From Candidatus Latescibacterota bacterium (GTDB lineage: Bacteria > Latescibacterota > UBA2968 > GCA-2709665): 64,000 nucleotides of DNA. A program made the translations under genes and the position numbers. Positions 60,827 to 64,000 of the stretch are shown piece by piece (position 1 is the stretch's first letter; each line of letters starts with the position of its first letter). The DNA is taken from positions 1,920,001 to 1,984,000 of the forward strand of contig OZ220733.1 of the NCBI GenBank assembly GCA_965116875.1, in the 5' to 3' direction. The notes under the pieces were generated by a model. The model worked only from the letters and a program-made list of their open reading frames with translations, did no database searches and was not told where the DNA came from.

Positions 60827-61035
60827 AGTGTTCTGTCCCGGAAATAAGTTGCCTGAATTCGGCCGCTGAGTCGCTCGTCTCGCATCCTTCGACAGGCTCA
60901 GGAGCCACCGCCGGAGCGCAGGCGACCTGGGTATGGTCGGCGAGCGAGGGCACTTCGACAAGCTCAGCACAGGAAACGTAGCGAGACGGGATGAATCGGC
61001 AACCGAATGGTGAGGAATTTTCGGGACAGAACACT
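60827..61035 (+). mobile_element. MITE family C, long form containing two family D repeats
   Basis: TIRs AGTGTTCTGTCCCG / CGGGACAGAACACT; internal CTTCGACAGGCTCAG and CTTCGACAAGCTCAG. Confidence 0.8.
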
Positions 61036-61048
61036 AGGCCCAATGGGG

Positions 61049-61077
61049 TTGACAGTAGCGGATTTATGCAATAAATT
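61049..61077 (+). promoter_or_regulatory. Putative sigma70 promoter
   Basis: TTGACA-17bp-TAAATT upstream of AGGAG RBS and ATG 61132. Confidence 0.55.
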
Positions 61078-61131
61078 TCGGATAGGTATAAATCGTCGCA
61101 AAGCAGAACGAGGCTCTTAAGGAGTAACGAC

Positions 61132-62214
61132 ATGCGACAGATTCTTGTCCCGGCCGTCTGTGCGGCACTGGTTCTTTTCGGACCGGCCCTTGCCGATGAA
61201 CCGGTCACGGACGACGGGAAACGCGCTATTGCAAATCCGAAGGTGCGGCTGCTAAGCGTCCTGGATGGGGGCAAGAGTTCTTTGCCAGATCCCATTCCTT
61301 CGACGGGAGAAGAAACGTTGAAGGAATACGGGCTTTCGCTGAAACACGTTCCCTCCAGGTACGAGATGGTAAACGGTCGTGCATTGAGCGGGAACCCGCT
61401 GGACGGTGAGGGAAGGGAACGGCCGCTGCCTTTACAGAGATCGGATTTCGGGGAAGGAAAATCCAGCGGCAAACTGACGAGGGGGTTGAACGTAACCGGG
61501 GGCCGGAACGCCTTCGCCGCGCTCATGATTGAAAAGGTTGACGACTCGAATGCAGACGACGGGCACCTGAAACTCCACGTCTCACTGGCTCATACGAAGG
61601 ATCTGAAAGGGTACGGGTTCTCCGTGCATTATGACCCCGCGAAGTACGAATTCGTGGAAGCCATAGAACTGGATGAGAACTTGCTCAAGTCGGGCCCGGC
61701 GGGGCAGACGCTGTTCGTATCCGCAAACCACACGCCGGGCAGGGTGGATCTCGGCGCGGTGAAAGTGGATGGGCAGGGCGTCAGCGGCGCCGGAAAACTC
61801 GTCGAGCTGGTTTTCAAGACGGGCGCAGCGGCTTCGACCGGTGATTTCAGGGTTTCGGAAGGCGTACTGATCGGTCTCGACGGCGCTATCGACCGGTTGA
61901 CGAATGTCGAATTCGCCCGTCATTCGTCACAGCCCGGCGAATACAAGCTGGAGCAGAATATACCCAACCCGTTCAACCCCTCCACCGTCATCGGATATCG
62001 CATTCCCGAGGCTGCCCTGGTACGGCTGGTCATATATAACCTTCTGGGCCAGGAGGTGCGCGTTCTGGTCGACCGTCATGTGGAGGCGGGTTCCTTCACG
62101 GCGACTTGGGACGGGAAGGACGAAATGGGCCGTCAGGTGTCCAGCGGGATCTATCTCTACCGGATTCATGCCGGCGGATTCCTGGCGTCCAGACGAATGA
62201 TGTTCCTGAAATGA
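61132..62214 (+). CDS. Secreted cohesin-like protein with T9SS type-A/FlgD-Ig-like C-terminal domain
   Basis: LKGYGFSVHYDPAKYEF...SGAGKLVELVF; LEQNIPNPFNPST...IYNLLGQ...WDGKD...SGIYLYRI...MMFLK. Confidence 0.8.
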   Translation: MRQILVPAVCAALVLFGPALADEPVTDDGKRAIANPKVRLLSVLDGGKSSLPDPIPSTGEETLKEYGLSLKHVPSRYEMVNGRALSGNPLDGEGRERPLPLQRSDFGEGKSSGKLTRGLNVTGGRNAFAALMIEKVDDSNADDGHLKLHVSLAHTKDLKGYGFSVHYDPAKYEFVEAIELDENLLKSGPAGQTLFVSANHTPGRVDLGAVKVDGQGVSGAGKLVELVFKTGAAASTGDFRVSEGVLIGLDGAIDRLTNVEFARHSSQPGEYKLEQNIPNPFNPSTVIGYRIPEAALVRLVIYNLLGQEVRVLVDRHVEAGSFTATWDGKDEMGRQVSSGIYLYRIHAGGFLASRRMMFLK

Positions 62215-62243
62215 ACCGGGTTTGACGTCGCAACGGGATAGAC

Positions 62244-62272
62244 GGGCCGCCCCGAATGTGAGGCGGCCCTTT
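62244..62272 (+). terminator. Intrinsic terminator
   Basis: GGGCCGCC...GGCGGCCC followed by TTT. Confidence 0.55.
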
Positions 62273-62299
62273 CCATTCCAATCGATCATCCATCAGTAA

Positions 62300-62461
62300 G
62301 AAGCTGTCTTAAAATTCCCAGCGGTCTTCGCGCGGCTGCAAAAGCGCCGGTCGGCGTTGGTCAAACCCGCCCGTATAGACAAATATGGGCGGGTTTTCCC
62401 GCCTTGACCGACACTTTTTCGCTCGCGCTCGGGAATTCACCGGTAATTTTAAAACAGCTTC
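62300..62461 (-). mobile_element. MITE family A, copy 4 (full length, inverted)
   Basis: Near reverse complement of copy 1; TAA on both flanks. Confidence 0.85.
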
Positions 62462-62474
62462 TAAGGAAGGAAAC

Positions 62475-63380
62475 ATGCCCCGATTATGCGCAATCGCCCT
62501 GACGGTACTGGCTGCGCTCGGATTCGTACCGACGGTAGCCGCGGAAGCGCCGGACTTCTATGCGCACTGGGCGGACGGAAAGGCGGAAATCTCCAGCTAT
62601 CGCGTGTTCCAGCCTCGTTACGGAGAGTCGCGCGAGGGCTACGGCGTGCTCATTTACGTCACCGAAGACCTGAACCGGAAGACCTACATCAAGGTCGAGT
62701 CGCCAACGCCGCCGGCGGAGAAAGTCTACGTGCTCAAACTGAACAACGTGCTGAAGTTCACCACCGGCATCTACGACTATTCGGTAATGACGTCTGTCTT
62801 CAGCGCCGTCGAAGGTCTGGACGGTTCCGGTACTTTCGAGCTGATGAAAGTGAATCTGAGTTCGCAGGAGTGGTGCGGACATATTTTCGATGAAATTCGC
62901 GTGGAAGAGGGCAAGCTGCACGGCGCCCTGAACAGCTATTTTGAGCGTGAGGGCCTGCGCACATACAGTCTGGCTATGCCCGATGGCTTTCAGAGTGAAG
63001 ACCATCTGCTCATACGAATTCGTGAACTCAAGGGTCCGATGATGCAGGCGGGCGAATCGCGGCCGGTCCGGCTTCTGCGCAGCCTCTGGTCGTTCCGGAC
63101 GCGGCACCGCCCCCACGCCCTGGTGGACGCAACGCTGAGCAAGGGAAAGCCGGAGACGATCACCGTGTCGAACGAGAGCCATAACGCCATTCCATGGCGC
63201 TGGGAAACAGACCGGTGGAGGACGACGGTCTGGGTGGAAACGGCGTATCCTCGCCGCATACTGAAGTGGGAGGACGGGGCGGGCGCACGCGCGGAACTGA
63301 TGGTGACCGTCCGCGAACCCTACTGGCGTCAAAAGGCGCTGAGCGACGAAATCTACCGAAAGCGATTGGGGATCCCATGA
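62475..63380 (+). CDS. Secreted hypothetical protein
   Basis: Signal peptide MPRLCAIALTVLAALG; WADGKAE, VLKLN and SSQEWCGH; ORF-track N-terminus derives from the MITE. Confidence 0.75.
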   Translation: MPRLCAIALTVLAALGFVPTVAAEAPDFYAHWADGKAEISSYRVFQPRYGESREGYGVLIYVTEDLNRKTYIKVESPTPPAEKVYVLKLNNVLKFTTGIYDYSVMTSVFSAVEGLDGSGTFELMKVNLSSQEWCGHIFDEIRVEEGKLHGALNSYFEREGLRTYSLAMPDGFQSEDHLLIRIRELKGPMMQAGESRPVRLLRSLWSFRTRHRPHALVDATLSKGKPETITVSNESHNAIPWRWETDRWRTTVWVETAYPRRILKWEDGAGARAELMVTVREPYWRQKALSDEIYRKRLGIP

Positions 63381-63402
63381 ATCACGAATTGGAGGAGAGA
63401 GA

Positions 63403-64000
63403 ATGACGCCGATCGAACAGGCGCGCCAAGCCATCGAACAGAGCGACGTGGAAAGGCTGGAGGCGCTCATCGAGTCGCATCCGGAGTTGCCCAACCTCAG
63501 GTCGGAAGACAACGATCGCACGCTCCTGCATACGGTCGCGGATTATCCCGGGCACAAACCGAAGGGCGTGGAGATGGCCGGGCTGCTCATCGAGGCGGGC
63601 GCCGACGTGAACGCGCGTTTCCAGCATGGGCAGAATGAAGCCGTGAAGGAGACGCCGCTGCACTGGGCCGCGAGCAACGACGACGTCGACCTGGCGGAGC
63701 TGCTTCTGGACGCGGGGGCGGATATCGATATCGACTGCGGCGTGATTGCGAACGGGACGCCGGTCTGGAATGCCGTCATTTTCCGGTGTGTAAACGTCGC
63801 GAGGCTGTTGATCGACCGGGGCGCGGCGTCGAATCTCATGACGGCCGCGGGCGCCGGTCGGAGAGATCTCGTGGATCGGTATTTCGATGAGGATGGAAAT
63901 GTTAAGGAAAACGCCGGCGCCCTGCCCTGCTGGGACCCGCCGAGACCGCCGAAGACGGCGCTGGACAGCGCGTTCGGCCTGGCGTGCCGGAACGGCCACG
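63403..64000 (+). CDS. Ankyrin repeat protein (truncated by window end; absent from the ORF track)
   Basis: GGAGG RBS; RTLLH, LLIEAGADVNA, ETPLHWAA and LLLDAGADID. Confidence 0.85.
   Translation, partial: MTPIEQARQAIEQSDVERLEALIESHPELPNLRSEDNDRTLLHTVADYPGHKPKGVEMAGLLIEAGADVNARFQHGQNEAVKETPLHWAASNDDVDLAELLLDAGADIDIDCGVIANGTPVWNAVIFRCVNVARLLIDRGAASNLMTAAGAGRRDLVDRYFDEDGNVKENAGALPCWDPPRPPKTALDSAFGLACRNGH

Noticed and set aside
63382-63999. 205-aa minus-strand ORF
   Set aside because: The plus strand encodes a clear ankyrin protein with an RBS

Overview
A 64-kb chromosomal window from a GC-rich bacterium. No rRNA, tRNA or CRISPR array was found. Housekeeping genes include ccmABCD, a TrmH-type methylase, tgt-yajC-fmt, proS, polA, a dsbD-like gene, a UbiD-family gene and a TRAP transporter. 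They alternate with catabolic genes: kdgK, eda, an ROK kinase, an SDR, two Gfo/Idh/MocA oxidoreductases, two PhyH dioxygenases, a sulfatase-like protein, a heparinase II/III-like lyase and a CocE/NonD hydrolase. One intact IS1380-family element lies at 20750-22613 with AATAGC direct repeats. At least five families of short palindromic MITE/REP-like repeats are present, some nested inside each other. The most striking region is 56.6-62.2 kb, which encodes three secreted proteins carrying cohesin-like and dockerin-like modules: Cache-Cache-dockerin, cohesin-dockerin-LRR, and cohesin plus a T9SS-like C-terminal domain. These suggest a non-enzymatic, cellulosome-like surface assembly. The gene repertoire resembles FCB-superphylum lineages such as Latescibacterota-like, possibly invertebrate-associated, bacteria; that placement is inference only. 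All domain calls come from motifs read by eye, with no database search.
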